Of a stretch of 23,144 bases of DNA, positions 1 through 10,100 are shown one piece after another. Location: contig JBMOHT010000049.1 of the NCBI GenBank assembly GCA_049317705.1, forward strand, positions 1 to 23,144, in the 5' to 3' direction. Numbering within the stretch: the stretch's first letter is position 1; each line of letters begins with the position of its first letter. The position numbers were made by a program, and so were the translations under genes. The notes under the pieces are model-generated. The model saw only the letters and a list, made by a program, of their open reading frames with translations. It did no database searches and was not told the DNA's origin. The DNA is from Bacteroidota bacterium (GTDB taxonomy: Bacteria; Bacteroidota; Ignavibacteria; UBA10030; UBA8401).

Positions 1-53
1 CTGATGACCTGCTGATTACAAATCAGCTGCTCTACCAACTGAGCTATGCCAGC
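1..53 (-). tRNA. tRNA-Thr(UGU), 5' part only; 3' part lies outside the window
   Basis: Reverse complement reads GCTGGCA-TA-GCTCAGTTGGTAGAGC-A-GCTGATTTGTAATCAGC-AGGTCATCAG: acceptor 5' strand, D arm, 5-bp anticodon stem and TGT anticodon. Confidence 0.9.
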
Positions 54-194
54 ATTTATTCAAAGAATCAATGCTCTTTTGAGAAACACCGGAATCCCGA
101 TGTTTCTCGAAAAGGCATTGTGACGGAGTTAACAAATATATACTTTTTTACAAGAAAGTCAACAAGATATGCGTTAAAAAATACTAACCTAGGA

Positions 195-1976
195 CTAGTA
201 TTTTATGGGGATTTCTGAGGCTTTTTTGAGGTAAAACTGAGCAGGGATGCTCTTTCCGTGAACTTCTTCATACTGCGCTCTCAATAAAAGGGCATTTCTT
301 GTCAGCATCGTGATCTGGCGGGAATAGGAATCCGTCCCGCTAAAATTACGGAATTGAATTTCGGGATCTGATATCGGATGATACAGAGTGTCCGTGGAAA
401 GCCGAAGTACGAGTCCTTCAGGAATACGGATAAATCCTGCGGTGTATTGTGTCTCGATTTCGGGAGTGATGAATATGGTGCGGTCCGGATTTTTCTGAAT
501 GAAGCTGTTCAACAGCTGCGTATAACGGCTTTCAATAACTGTAAAATCGTATGGAAGATCATGCTCGAATTTGTATAGTTCTACCAAGAATAGTTGTATC
601 TCCTTCTGTGACCTACGGGACAAATCAGGATGCATCTTTTCCAACTGAGCGAAATACCATGAACGGCGGAGCAGTTCCTTATCGATCACTGTCACATCCG
701 GACGAAGTCCGTTCACATACTGATAATAGTAGGAAGCCGCGACAAAGTAATCCCACTGGTAGGAAATAACGATCGCATCGGGGGGAAGGTTCAGGAGGAT
801 GTTCTTAGTATAATCCTCTACGAGGTAGTTAGTGCTTTGATCCACTTCTCCCTTGTTAATATAGAGCTGCGCTCCGGCAATAATCAACAATACGGATGCC
901 GTAATTCCACGTGCCACTCCCCCGTCAAACCGATCAAGCAGTAGACGGATGCCAAAGGACGCAAAGAACCCAATGGAGATAAATGCGAGAAGAAAATACG
1001 AGTCGATATCATGGATATCATAATTGACAGAGTAGGCTACGCATGTTACCAGCAACAATGATATAAAAACAAATTTCCTCCGTTCGTTGAAGAGCAAAAC
1101 GACAGCACCGATGCCGGCAAGAATGAGAACGGGAAAGAAGAATTCATTCGTCAGGTTATTAAAAAAATAATTGAGCTGACGCTGTGCCGCCTCCGTTGAG
1201 GAGAACATGAAAATGCGAAATTGCTTTCCTGTGAAGTGCCACCAGAACCGTTCCGCTGTCTGTGGATTTCCCCAGTTGAGCAAGGGCTGCTGCAAAGCGC
1301 GGACCGGCAGATAGAGATACAGTGAAAGTCCTGCGATGAAAGGCGCGGCAAGTATCCCGATCTTTTTAAAGGACGCTCTATTAAAACCATGATCTGCAAA
1401 GAACCAATAAAGCATCGCCGGTGCAAGAAGGATGGTTGTGAGATGATTCGTGAATGACAGTCCGACCATGAATGCGAACAACAGCCAGTGATTATAGGAA
1501 CGGAACTTCAATGCGTTCACGAAGAGTAAGAGATCGGTCATGATCAGAAGCAGGTGCAGAGAATAGACCTCAATGGCTAGCCCCTGGAACCAAAATGTCC
1601 TAGAAAAGCCTATAAACATTGATGAAATTGAGGCGGCGGCCAAGGCACTCCACTTGTTCCCCTTCGTTCCATCATCTATTATAGAGATGACCGTGAAGAA
1701 AAAAATTACAACGGAAATGGAAGTGGCAAAAGCAGCAAAGATATTCAGGCGGACGATCATCGCCTGAGCGACGGGAAGTGAGGACCATATCTTCGTGATG
1801 AGGGTAAAGAGCGGATATCCCGTGGGATGAGCGATACCGAGTGAGACGGCAACGGTAGATAATTCTCCGCTGTCGATGAATCCTATCGTCGGCGCCATGG
1901 TGAGGCAATAGACAGAAAAAACGGCAAGCCCGATGAGTGATGCTGTTAAGTATTTTATGGTGTTATAAGAGAACAT
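195..1976 (-). CDS. Multi-pass membrane protein of DUF2723 / glycosyltransferase-like type
   Basis: 593-aa ORF with many hydrophobic helices and the N-terminal pattern YCLTMAPTIGFIDSGELSTVAVSLGIAHPTGYPLFTLI, typical of DUF2723 proteins. Confidence 0.75.
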   Translation of the reverse strand: MFSYNTIKYLTASLIGLAVFSVYCLTMAPTIGFIDSGELSTVAVSLGIAHPTGYPLFTLITKIWSSLPVAQAMIVRLNIFAAFATSISVVIFFFTVISIIDDGTKGNKWSALAAASISSMFIGFSRTFWFQGLAIEVYSLHLLLIMTDLLLFVNALKFRSYNHWLLFAFMVGLSFTNHLTTILLAPAMLYWFFADHGFNRASFKKIGILAAPFIAGLSLYLYLPVRALQQPLLNWGNPQTAERFWWHFTGKQFRIFMFSSTEAAQRQLNYFFNNLTNEFFFPVLILAGIGAVVLLFNERRKFVFISLLLVTCVAYSVNYDIHDIDSYFLLAFISIGFFASFGIRLLLDRFDGGVARGITASVLLIIAGAQLYINKGEVDQSTNYLVEDYTKNILLNLPPDAIVISYQWDYFVAASYYYQYVNGLRPDVTVIDKELLRRSWYFAQLEKMHPDLSRRSQKEIQLFLVELYKFEHDLPYDFTVIESRYTQLLNSFIQKNPDRTIFITPEIETQYTAGFIRIPEGLVLRLSTDTLYHPISDPEIQFRNFSGTDSYSRQITMLTRNALLLRAQYEEVHGKSIPAQFYLKKASEIPIKY

Positions 1977-2118
1977 TCGATGACGAATTTATTCGAAGTC
2001 ATTTCAAAAACAGAATATATTTTTTATCCAAGTGTCATTCCTGAATAATTTTGGCGGGAATCCATACTACCGGACCCCCGGTAGGAGCATTTTCCGTCAC
2101 AAAGTGATGGCTTCGCCA

Positions 2119-2300
2119 AAGGATCGAGGCTGTGTCAAAAGCCGAATTTTTTCCAAGTCATTCTGAACGAAGTGAAGAATCTGGAACGAAGTGAAGAATC
2201 TGGAACGAAAGCAGACACTTCGCTGCCTGCCCGACTGATGTCGGTCAGGCGGGCGCTCAGTGTGGCATAATTAGAGTTTTGACACAGTCTCGATCCCTTC
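2119..2300. repeat. ~180-bp intergenic element bounded by 23-bp imperfect inverted repeats
   Basis: Left AAAGGATCGAGGCTGTGTCAAAA; right arm reverse-complements to AAGGGATCGAGACTGTGTCAAAA (21/23 identical). Coordinates +/-2. Confidence 0.7.
2166..2210. repeat. Tandem 19-bp repeat (GAACGAAGTGAAGAATCTG) x ~2.4
   Basis: Two exact adjacent copies followed by a partial GAACGAA. Confidence 0.8.
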
Positions 2301-2439
2301 GGGACGGGGTGACAACGATATTTTAAGATAGTGTTTAAAAAAATTAATGCCGCGCTTCACAAGGAAAATACGAAGATTCCGTGAATTACGGCAATAGAAT
2401 TCTTATGAAGGTCTTTCTCTGTGCGCGAAGCTCAGACCA

Positions 2440-3006
2440 TTATGAACGCACATCTGCATCGATCTGAAGATCGTTCTTCATTGTTACCAGCAGCTCTTTC
2501 AGATCGGAGAGCATTAGCGCTGTCTTCTTTTCCGTTGAAACTGACGATGGTAAATGACTGCACAGAGTGTCGAACTTTCTGACCGCTTCCAACATTTTTG
2601 TTTTATCAAGGACAATCTGTTTGCCGGATCTGCAGCTTCGGATACCATTATAGATCCTGGCAAACAGCTCATCCGAAGAGAACGGCTTGATCACATAATC
2701 ATTCGCACCGGCATTGAAGGCTTCGACGATATTTTCCGTCATGATCCTGCCGGAAAGCATAATAACATAGAGGTTGATATCCATTTTCTTCTTGCGGATT
2801 GTCGCGAGAACCTCTATCCCGGAAATATTCGGCAGTTCCCAATCCAACAGCATGATATCCGGATGGAACGAACCGAGCAATGCCAATCCCTGCTCGGCAT
2901 TGGCTGCAGCTTTTACATCAAAACCATTTTCCGTCAATATCATCTTTATCTGTTCGAGATAGAACTGGTCGTCATCAATTACTAAAATTCGATTTTTTAT
3001 ATCCAT
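2440..3006 (-). CDS. Response regulator: receiver domain plus short helical C-terminal extension
   Basis: ILVIDDDQ, phosphoacceptor IMLLDWELP, VIMLSG and YVIKPF motifs; ~60-aa C-terminal tail without a recognised output domain. Confidence 0.85.
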   Translation of the reverse strand: MDIKNRILVIDDDQFYLEQIKMILTENGFDVKAAANAEQGLALLGSFHPDIMLLDWELPNISGIEVLATIRKKKMDINLYVIMLSGRIMTENIVEAFNAGANDYVIKPFSSDELFARIYNGIRSCRSGKQIVLDKTKMLEAVRKFDTLCSHLPSSVSTEKKTALMLSDLKELLVTMKNDLQIDADVRS

Positions 3007-3058
3007 ATTATTACTTCATCCTTTCTATATCAGATATTTCCCTGCCCTGAATTATCAT

Positions 3059-3207
3059 TAGAGCGCATCTCAAAAATGGTTATACATTGTCATGCCGAGC
3101 GCCCGCCTGACCGCATGGCGGGCAGGTAGTCGAGGCATGATTCACGTGAATTGTCACACTTCGACTCCGCTCAGTGTGACAATATTTCGTTTTTGAGATG
3201 CGCTCTA
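3059..3207. repeat. ~149-bp intergenic element with perfect 18-bp terminal inverted repeats
   Basis: TAGAGCGCATCTCAAAAA at 3059..3076 and TTTTTGAGATGCGCTCTA at 3190..3207; internal hairpin TGTCACACT...AGTGTGACA. Confidence 0.85.
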
Positions 3208-3383
3208 GTGCTGTTTCTCAAAAGTAATATTGTATTTGATCATCCTTCGGCGCGCGCCGCACCATGGTCATCCTGAGCAAGGCTCGAATTTCTTGATGGC
3301 CGCGTCGAAGGACCTCAAAATGTGCGGCGCTTGCTCAGGATGAACAATATTTTTACAAGATAATTTATGAGAAGTGGCACTAG
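3205..3383. repeat. ~179-bp intergenic element abutting the previous one, imperfect inverted ends plus internal 14-bp perfect hairpin
   Basis: Ends CTAGTGCTGTTTCTCA / TGAGAAGTGGCACTAG; internal TCATCCTGAGCAAG (3268..3281) and CTTGCTCAGGATGA (3330..3343). Confidence 0.65.
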
Positions 3384-3390
3384 TAATATT

Positions 3391-4770
3391 TCAGGATCCT
3401 TCTTTCATTCCATTCAATATCTTGTGAAGCCCCTGTCTTGTGATACCGGCCTTCTCCGCGGCTTTCGATATATTTCCGTTCGTTGATTTCAACAGAGTGC
3501 CGAAATACCGTTTCTTGAATTTCATATCCGCCTGCTTGTATGTGAGGACACCGTTGTTTCCGTTCTCATCTTCGGCCGCTTCGTGCACGCGGTCGAAGAA
3601 CGAACTGTTGCGGAGCGGGAACAGATCTTTCGTCAGTGTATTGTCGCGGGTATACGCCATAGCATTCTTCACGGCATTCTCCAGTTCACGGACATTCCCG
3701 GGCCAGGAATATTCTTCGAGATATTCCTGCACATCCTTCGGGATGACCATCTCGGCGTTGATCGGTGAACCGTACAGTTTCAGAAAATACTTCACGAGCG
3801 GAATAATGTCATTCTTCCTGGTACGCAGCGGAGGGACATTGAGCATGACACCGGAGATGCGGTAATAGAAATCCTCGCGCATTCTCCCCTTCACCACGAC
3901 ATCCTTCAAATCCTCGTTGGTCGCCATGATTATTCGAAGATCCACTTTGATCTCGGGCTTGCGGGGATCGTAACCGACACGGGAGAAACTTTTATACTGC
4001 ATAAAATGAAGCAGTTTCAGTTGAACTGATTCGGTGAGCGAGGATACCTCGGGGATATATATGGTCCCCCCATTCGCCGCTTCGAATTTACCTATTTTCA
4101 TCGTTTCCGCACCGGAATATGCCCCTTTTTCATGACCGAACAATTCTGATTCGATCAATTGTTCATTGAGACTTCGCAGGGAAATGGGAATGAACGGTTT
4201 GTCGGGATTCTGACTGCGACGGTGGATCTCGAACGCAATCCTATCCTTACCGACACCGGTCTCACCATTGATGAGCACATCGAACGGAACCCCGGCGAGG
4301 CGGTCGATCTCCTGTTGAATGGACTGCATCTTTTCGGAAACAACGATGAAGGTGTTCTGTTTGTCGTTGAATGTATCCTGCAGGAGATTCACATGCAGTT
4401 CAAGATCGCGGTGTTCCAGCGCTTTGTTGATCTTTGTGGCAAGATATTCCACGGTGAAATCTTTCTGGACAAAATCGTATGCGCCGTATTTGATGGTCTC
4501 TACGACATTGTTCAGATCGCCGTAATCCGTAACGATGATGACCGGCACATATTTATCGATCTCTTTCTTGATCACTTTCAGCACTTCCAATCCGTTGATA
4601 TCAGGAAGATCCAGGTCGAGAAGAATGACATCGACATGATCGGTCCTGAGCACTTCCAGAGCGCGCTTTCCGTTGTGAGCTTTAACGATAGTGTATCGTC
4701 CTTCCAGGAGCGATTCGACATCGTTCGTAAATGAGATATTGTCGTCGACGAGCAGAAGTTTTTTCTTCAT
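3391..4770 (-). CDS. NtrC-family response regulator (receiver, AAA+, Fis-type HTH) with degenerate AAA+ motifs
   Basis: Receiver VILLDLDLPD; Walker A GETGVGKD; ESELFGHEKGAYSGA; Walker B position TIYIPE; REDFYYRI; C-terminal NGNISKAAEKAGITRQGLHKIL HTH. Confidence 0.9.
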   Translation of the reverse strand: MKKKLLLVDDNISFTNDVESLLEGRYTIVKAHNGKRALEVLRTDHVDVILLDLDLPDINGLEVLKVIKKEIDKYVPVIIVTDYGDLNNVVETIKYGAYDFVQKDFTVEYLATKINKALEHRDLELHVNLLQDTFNDKQNTFIVVSEKMQSIQQEIDRLAGVPFDVLINGETGVGKDRIAFEIHRRSQNPDKPFIPISLRSLNEQLIESELFGHEKGAYSGAETMKIGKFEAANGGTIYIPEVSSLTESVQLKLLHFMQYKSFSRVGYDPRKPEIKVDLRIIMATNEDLKDVVVKGRMREDFYYRISGVMLNVPPLRTRKNDIIPLVKYFLKLYGSPINAEMVIPKDVQEYLEEYSWPGNVRELENAVKNAMAYTRDNTLTKDLFPLRNSSFFDRVHEAAEDENGNNGVLTYKQADMKFKKRYFGTLLKSTNGNISKAAEKAGITRQGLHKILNGMKEGS

Positions 4771-7187
4771 GGCATGAGAAGGTTAATGGTAAAAATTGTG
4801 CCGGTCGGTTCGTTTTCCGTAAAGGAGATACGGCCGCCGTACTCTTTGATAATATTCTGTGTATAGTACAACCCGAATCCGTGTCCTGTATTCTTTGATG
4901 ACGTACCGAACGAAAAGATCTCGTTCTTCACGTGGTGGGCGATGCCGGGACCGTTGTCCAGGATCTTGATGTATGCATATTCACCCTGCACGGAGATGAT
5001 GATATCGATGGATGGACCCTCCTGACGATCGGAACTCAGCGAGAAGGCCTCGATGGCATTCTTCAGAATGATCATCATAACTTCGGACAATTCGGACCGG
5101 CGAATGATGCCGAGGATCTGCATTTCGGTCGGATGGACCGTGATCCTGTATTCACCGGAATCGGAACGGATGGAATGGACAACATCCAGGACCGTCTGGT
5201 TCACATCGCATGTATAGTTCTGTTTGATGCTCTTGTTGAGCTTGACGATGGAGGATTTCAGTTCTTTGAGATTATGATAGAATAATTCGATCGATTCACG
5301 CTGGAACGGTCCGGACGACCTCTTCTTCCCTCCCGTTCGGGAAAGGATCATCTTCAGATAGTCATAATTGAATTTATTCAATTTGAGAATGTTCTCCGTA
5401 GTCTTTTGGAACGAATTATCCTTGAACTCACGAAGCGACAATTCCGACAGGAGCTGGGAGTACATCACCAGAGTATTCAGTTCCGGATAGACCCTGGTGA
5501 GGTATTCATTGATGACGATGGTGATCCTACGGACTATATTATTCTCGCCCGCATCACCATTCTCCAAAGATGAAAGCATGGAGAACTGTTCCGCATTTCG
5601 GGAGAATAGGAGCAGCCTATTGATGATCATCAGCAGACTTTCGCCATGACGGTACATTCGGAGTTTCATGAAGATCTTTTGGAACAGTTCGTTCTGTTTG
5701 ACGGTCTCGGGTTGGTGTCCTTCCTTCTGCGATGTGACTTTTGCAATAACGGAGACGGCGATAACCTTATTCGATTCGTTACAGATGGGGGTCCACTGCA
5801 TTGCGAACAGAACATCATCGCCATGAATGGAGAATGATTCGGCCGACATGACGGTCTGATTCGATTCGATGACATTCCGGATGTTCGATGAGAAGATATC
5901 TTTCAGGCCGTCGTCGGACGGTTTCTTTCCGATGACCGATAACGGGAACGGAGCATATTTTGTCGAGGGCTTATAATAGACAATCCGTCCGTCGGTATCG
6001 TGGATCCACAGTACATCATCGATCGCATCGGTGAGCTGTTTAAAGATATCATACCGCTCCATCAGCGCTTTCTCATGCTCCTTTTCCGTAGTGACATCCA
6101 TAATAAAGAAGAGGATGCAGGGCATTTCATGCACTTCGATCGTTTCATACTGCAGCATACCAAAGCGTACCTCACCATTCTTGGTGACATATTCGATCTC
6201 AACAGAACCCATAAACTGCTTCAGCGTCAGCCGACTGGTCTGGATCCCTTCGAGCAGCTGCCAGTTGAATATCCTGGAGTGAGAGATCGGCGAACCCAAC
6301 AGTTCGTCGGGTGAATACCGAGTATTCTCGCAGAAGGCCTCATTCACATCGATGAAGCAGCCTGAATCACGGCCATAGATGCACATCATAGAAGGACTGG
6401 AGAAGAAGACCGTGGAGAATTTATTTTCGGAGAGCTTGAGTGCTTCTTCGTTCAGTTTCTTTTCGGTGATATCCCGAATGACGCAGAGCAGTTCCTCTTT
6501 GATCCGGAACGGCATGACGCGGACCTCAAAGTAGCGGGGACCGTTATCATCCGAGATACCGAACTCAAGGTATTCGATGGTCTGGTTCTGCAGCACGGAT
6601 TCCATCCGCCGGTTCATTTCATCGCGGCTCGTTTCCGGAAACATGGTCAGGATATTCCGGTGAGCAGTTTGTAACGAAGAGAACATGAGCAGAGTCCGGT
6701 TATTCCCGTACTGTTCCACAATATCGCCAAGCTTAGTGATACGAAAGAACATATCCGGAAGTGTTTCGAACAGTGAATTCAGTTCTCCTACGGTATTATG
6801 CAGCTGCTGTTCAAGTTCGTATCGCCTTAAACGTGCATTCAGCGACAGCATCAGTTCCTGTTCGGTAAACGGTTTTTGGATGATATCATCCGCGCCAAGA
6901 TGCATCCCTTTGCGCTGAAGGTCCCGGTCCGTCAGACTGGTCATCATCACGATGGGGATCTCGTTGAACTCTTCCCGTGAACGGAGGAACTCGATGACAC
7001 TGTACCCGTCGCCGCGGTCCATCACGATGTCGCACAGGATAATGGCGGGAGGCTGCTGTTGGATCATCTGCACAGCAGTGTAACCGTCATGCGCCGTGCG
7101 GATATCAAACGTATCCTCCAGAACCGCAGATACAATACTGCAGATGGTCTCATCATCATCGACAAGAAGGAGGTCCTTCATTTTCAT
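4767..7187 (-). CDS. Response regulator / multi-PAS histidine-kinase-like protein
   Basis: N-terminal receiver (LLLVDDDET, IILCDIVM, IIQKPF), several PAS domains, C-terminal HATPase_c (ILKNAIEAF, DNGPGIA, GHGFGLYYTQNIIKEYGGRI). No clear phosphoacceptor His box. Confidence 0.85.
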   Translation of the reverse strand: MKMKDLLLVDDDETICSIVSAVLEDTFDIRTAHDGYTAVQMIQQQPPAIILCDIVMDRGDGYSVIEFLRSREEFNEIPIVMMTSLTDRDLQRKGMHLGADDIIQKPFTEQELMLSLNARLRRYELEQQLHNTVGELNSLFETLPDMFFRITKLGDIVEQYGNNRTLLMFSSLQTAHRNILTMFPETSRDEMNRRMESVLQNQTIEYLEFGISDDNGPRYFEVRVMPFRIKEELLCVIRDITEKKLNEEALKLSENKFSTVFFSSPSMMCIYGRDSGCFIDVNEAFCENTRYSPDELLGSPISHSRIFNWQLLEGIQTSRLTLKQFMGSVEIEYVTKNGEVRFGMLQYETIEVHEMPCILFFIMDVTTEKEHEKALMERYDIFKQLTDAIDDVLWIHDTDGRIVYYKPSTKYAPFPLSVIGKKPSDDGLKDIFSSNIRNVIESNQTVMSAESFSIHGDDVLFAMQWTPICNESNKVIAVSVIAKVTSQKEGHQPETVKQNELFQKIFMKLRMYRHGESLLMIINRLLLFSRNAEQFSMLSSLENGDAGENNIVRRITIVINEYLTRVYPELNTLVMYSQLLSELSLREFKDNSFQKTTENILKLNKFNYDYLKMILSRTGGKKRSSGPFQRESIELFYHNLKELKSSIVKLNKSIKQNYTCDVNQTVLDVVHSIRSDSGEYRITVHPTEMQILGIIRRSELSEVMMIILKNAIEAFSLSSDRQEGPSIDIIISVQGEYAYIKILDNGPGIAHHVKNEIFSFGTSSKNTGHGFGLYYTQNIIKEYGGRISFTENEPTGTIFTINLLMP

Positions 7188-10100
7188 GGCTGTAATAGTT
7201 GGTGCATCAGTTTGAGCAATGTATCGATCATGAATGGTTTTGTGATAAAGTTCTCCCGCGGAAGACCCAACTCATCCATCACTTTCACATTGGCATGGAT
7301 ACCGCTCATCATGATGATGTGCGGATTTTCGTTCATGGTACGGATCGCACGGACGGTCGATGGACCATCCATATGCGGCATCATCACATCGAGTATAACG
7401 ACCTTTATTTCCGACTTGTTCGAGGCATAAATGCCGAGCGCTTCCGCGCCATTCGATGCGGTAATGACCTTGTAGTGATAATCCTCCAGAGTCGCTTTGG
7501 AGATATTTCTGATCACTTCTTCGTCGTCCACCAACAGGATGGTCTCACCGTTTCCGCTCGGAAAATCTCCGCTCTTTTCGATGATACTGTTGATATTCGC
7601 GGAAGTTGTCGCCGGAAGGAATATCTGGAACGTGGTCCCCATGCCCACTTCGGATTCAAGGACGATGAATCCTTTATGCGCCTTAATGATGGCTGCGACA
7701 TTGAACAATCCGAGTCCGGTCCCTTTGCCGACCTCTTTTGTCGTGAAGAATGGATCGTAGATCTTTTTGATGATAGCGGAAGGGATACCGATACCAGAAT
7801 CTGCAACGGTGATGCGGCAGTACGGTCCGACCTTTGCGTCGATGTTGATGTGTGTCGACATCTCGTCGAGAATGACATTGTCCGCACGGATCTCCAGCCG
7901 GCCGCCAGCGGGCATCGCATCGCGGGCATTGACACAGAGATTCAGGAGCACCTGATGCATCTGTGTGGGATTGGCAAGGATGGGGAACAATTCACGCGAC
8001 GGGAAGAATTCGGCCCGAATCATCTTCGGGAATGTTTCGTTGATCAAGCGTTCCAATTCACGGATGATATGCTTCATCTGAACGACCATTGTATCCTGCT
8101 GATTCACGCGGGAGAATCCGAGGATCTGTTTAATCAGGTCGGAACCGCGGAGGATATTCGACTTGAGCATCTTATTGATCTCACGGGATTTATCATCCAT
8201 CAGGACGCGGTCAAAATACGAGAGTGATATGAGGATAGGACCGAGGATATTATTCATATCATGCGCAATACCGCTGGCAAGAGTACCGATACTTTCCAAC
8301 CGCTGGCTGTGCGATGCCTGGTCCTGCATCTGACGGCTCTTGGTGATATCCGAAATGACATAGAGGACGGATCGTGTTCCGGTGGAATCATCCGTAATAA
8401 TTGTTGCGCGGATATGGACCCAGATGTTCCCTTTGGACTTGGTCTTATGTTCCTGGTCCTGTTCCCAATTCATCCCTGACTTTATCATCTCGAAAGATTC
8501 GTTCTGACCGGAAGAAACATTAAAGAAGAAACCGCTGAGTGCTTTAGAATTCAGTTCGTCCTTCGAATATCCGTACAACTGTTCGACACTGTCGTTGGTG
8601 TATACGATCGATTCGTCAAGATCCGTCACAACGATGGCGTCACTTGCCTGATCGAGATAGAAGGACATATCTTTGATGCGTCCTTCCGCAAGCGTCAGAC
8701 GCTGCGTCGTTAACTGTTCACGTTCCTTGAGCAGCTGTTCTGCTTGTTTCTGTGTTGTGATATCCTCAAAGATATAGAAGCGTCCGAAGTATTGGCCGTG
8801 CTCTCCGACGATCTGCGTGGAGAAACGACGGATGGTGCTGTTCGATTTGAACTGTATCTCATCCTCTAAGACCGCAGTATTTGAGGGATCTTGAAGAGGG
8901 ACACACGTTTCGGCGAACGCCGCCGGATCCTCAAGAATAGGTATACAATACGGGATGATGTCATTATTCTTCATCGCACCTGTCCGCATCTTCTCTTCCA
9001 GATGAGTTATTCCCCAGAGTTCACAGAACCGGCGGTTGAAATAGAGGATACGATCGTCCCGGTTGTCCACGACAAGAAATCCGAGAGGCGAAGAAGTTGC
9101 CATCATTTGCAGCAGTGATGCATTCCATTCCAGTGCCGCTTCATTCTTCCTTCGTTCCGTGATATCCTGTTTGATGGCGATAAAATTCTCGATAAAGCCC
9201 AAGGAGTTCTTGATGGGAGAGATGATATCATATTCGATATAGATCTCGCCGTTCTTCTTCCGGTTGATCACTTCGCCCTGCCATACAATCCCTTCGGTGA
9301 TGGTCTTCCACATATCACTATAGAGTTCCGGCGACGTCTGACCGGATTTCATCACGCGCATGTTCTTTCCGAGGAGTTCCCCCTGTGAATATCCTGTGAC
9401 CTCGCTGAAGTGCGGATTGACGTACTGAATGGTGCCGTGTTGGTCCGTAATGACGATCATCGCAAAACTTTGTTCAATGGCAACGGACATTTTTTTGATC
9501 TGCTGTTCCGATTCGACGCGCTGAGTGATATCGGACAGCGTTCCGATCATCCGAAGCGGCATTCCTTTCGCATTACGTTCAACGATCTTTCCTCGGTCAA
9601 GCGTCCAAATGATCGAACTATCTTTCCGGATCATCCGGTGTTCGGACGCATAGGATTCGGTCTCGCCGTTAATATGTCTTTCTACTTTCTTCAAGGTCTC
9701 ATCCACATCCAGCGGATGGACACGATCCTTCCATTCGCTGAGATTGTCGCTCACCTCATCATTCTCAATTCCAATCATCTCCTTCCATCGCTGCGACAGG
9801 AAGAGAGTGCTCTCTTCAATATTCCAGTCATACATTCCATCGTTGCTCGCCTCGAATGCAAACTTCAGCCGCTGCTCATTCTCGTGCAAAGCCAATTCGG
9901 CCCGTTTGCGGTCGGTAATATCCCTGATGATTGAGAGGGCTTCATTATTGGACAATGCGATGAGTCTGTCCTCGAAATACCGGAGGCCGTCTGCCATGGG
10001 AAGTGAATATTCGAACAGTTCCATGGATTTTGAAATGAATGAACGTTCCATGGAGGCAATGGCCTGATCTGAAATATGCGGCGGAAGGATGTCCTTGATA

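Noticed and set aside
2166-3383. CRISPR array
   Set aside because: Repeats are few, of unequal type, without regular unique spacers, and no cas gene is present.
7199-8227. Long plus-strand ORFs antisense to the kinase genes (342 aa here; also 4159..4734, 9410..9934, 10421..11260)
   Set aside because: They are shadows of strongly coding minus-strand genes with codon bias; translations show no recognisable domains and the minus-strand frames match known families end to end.
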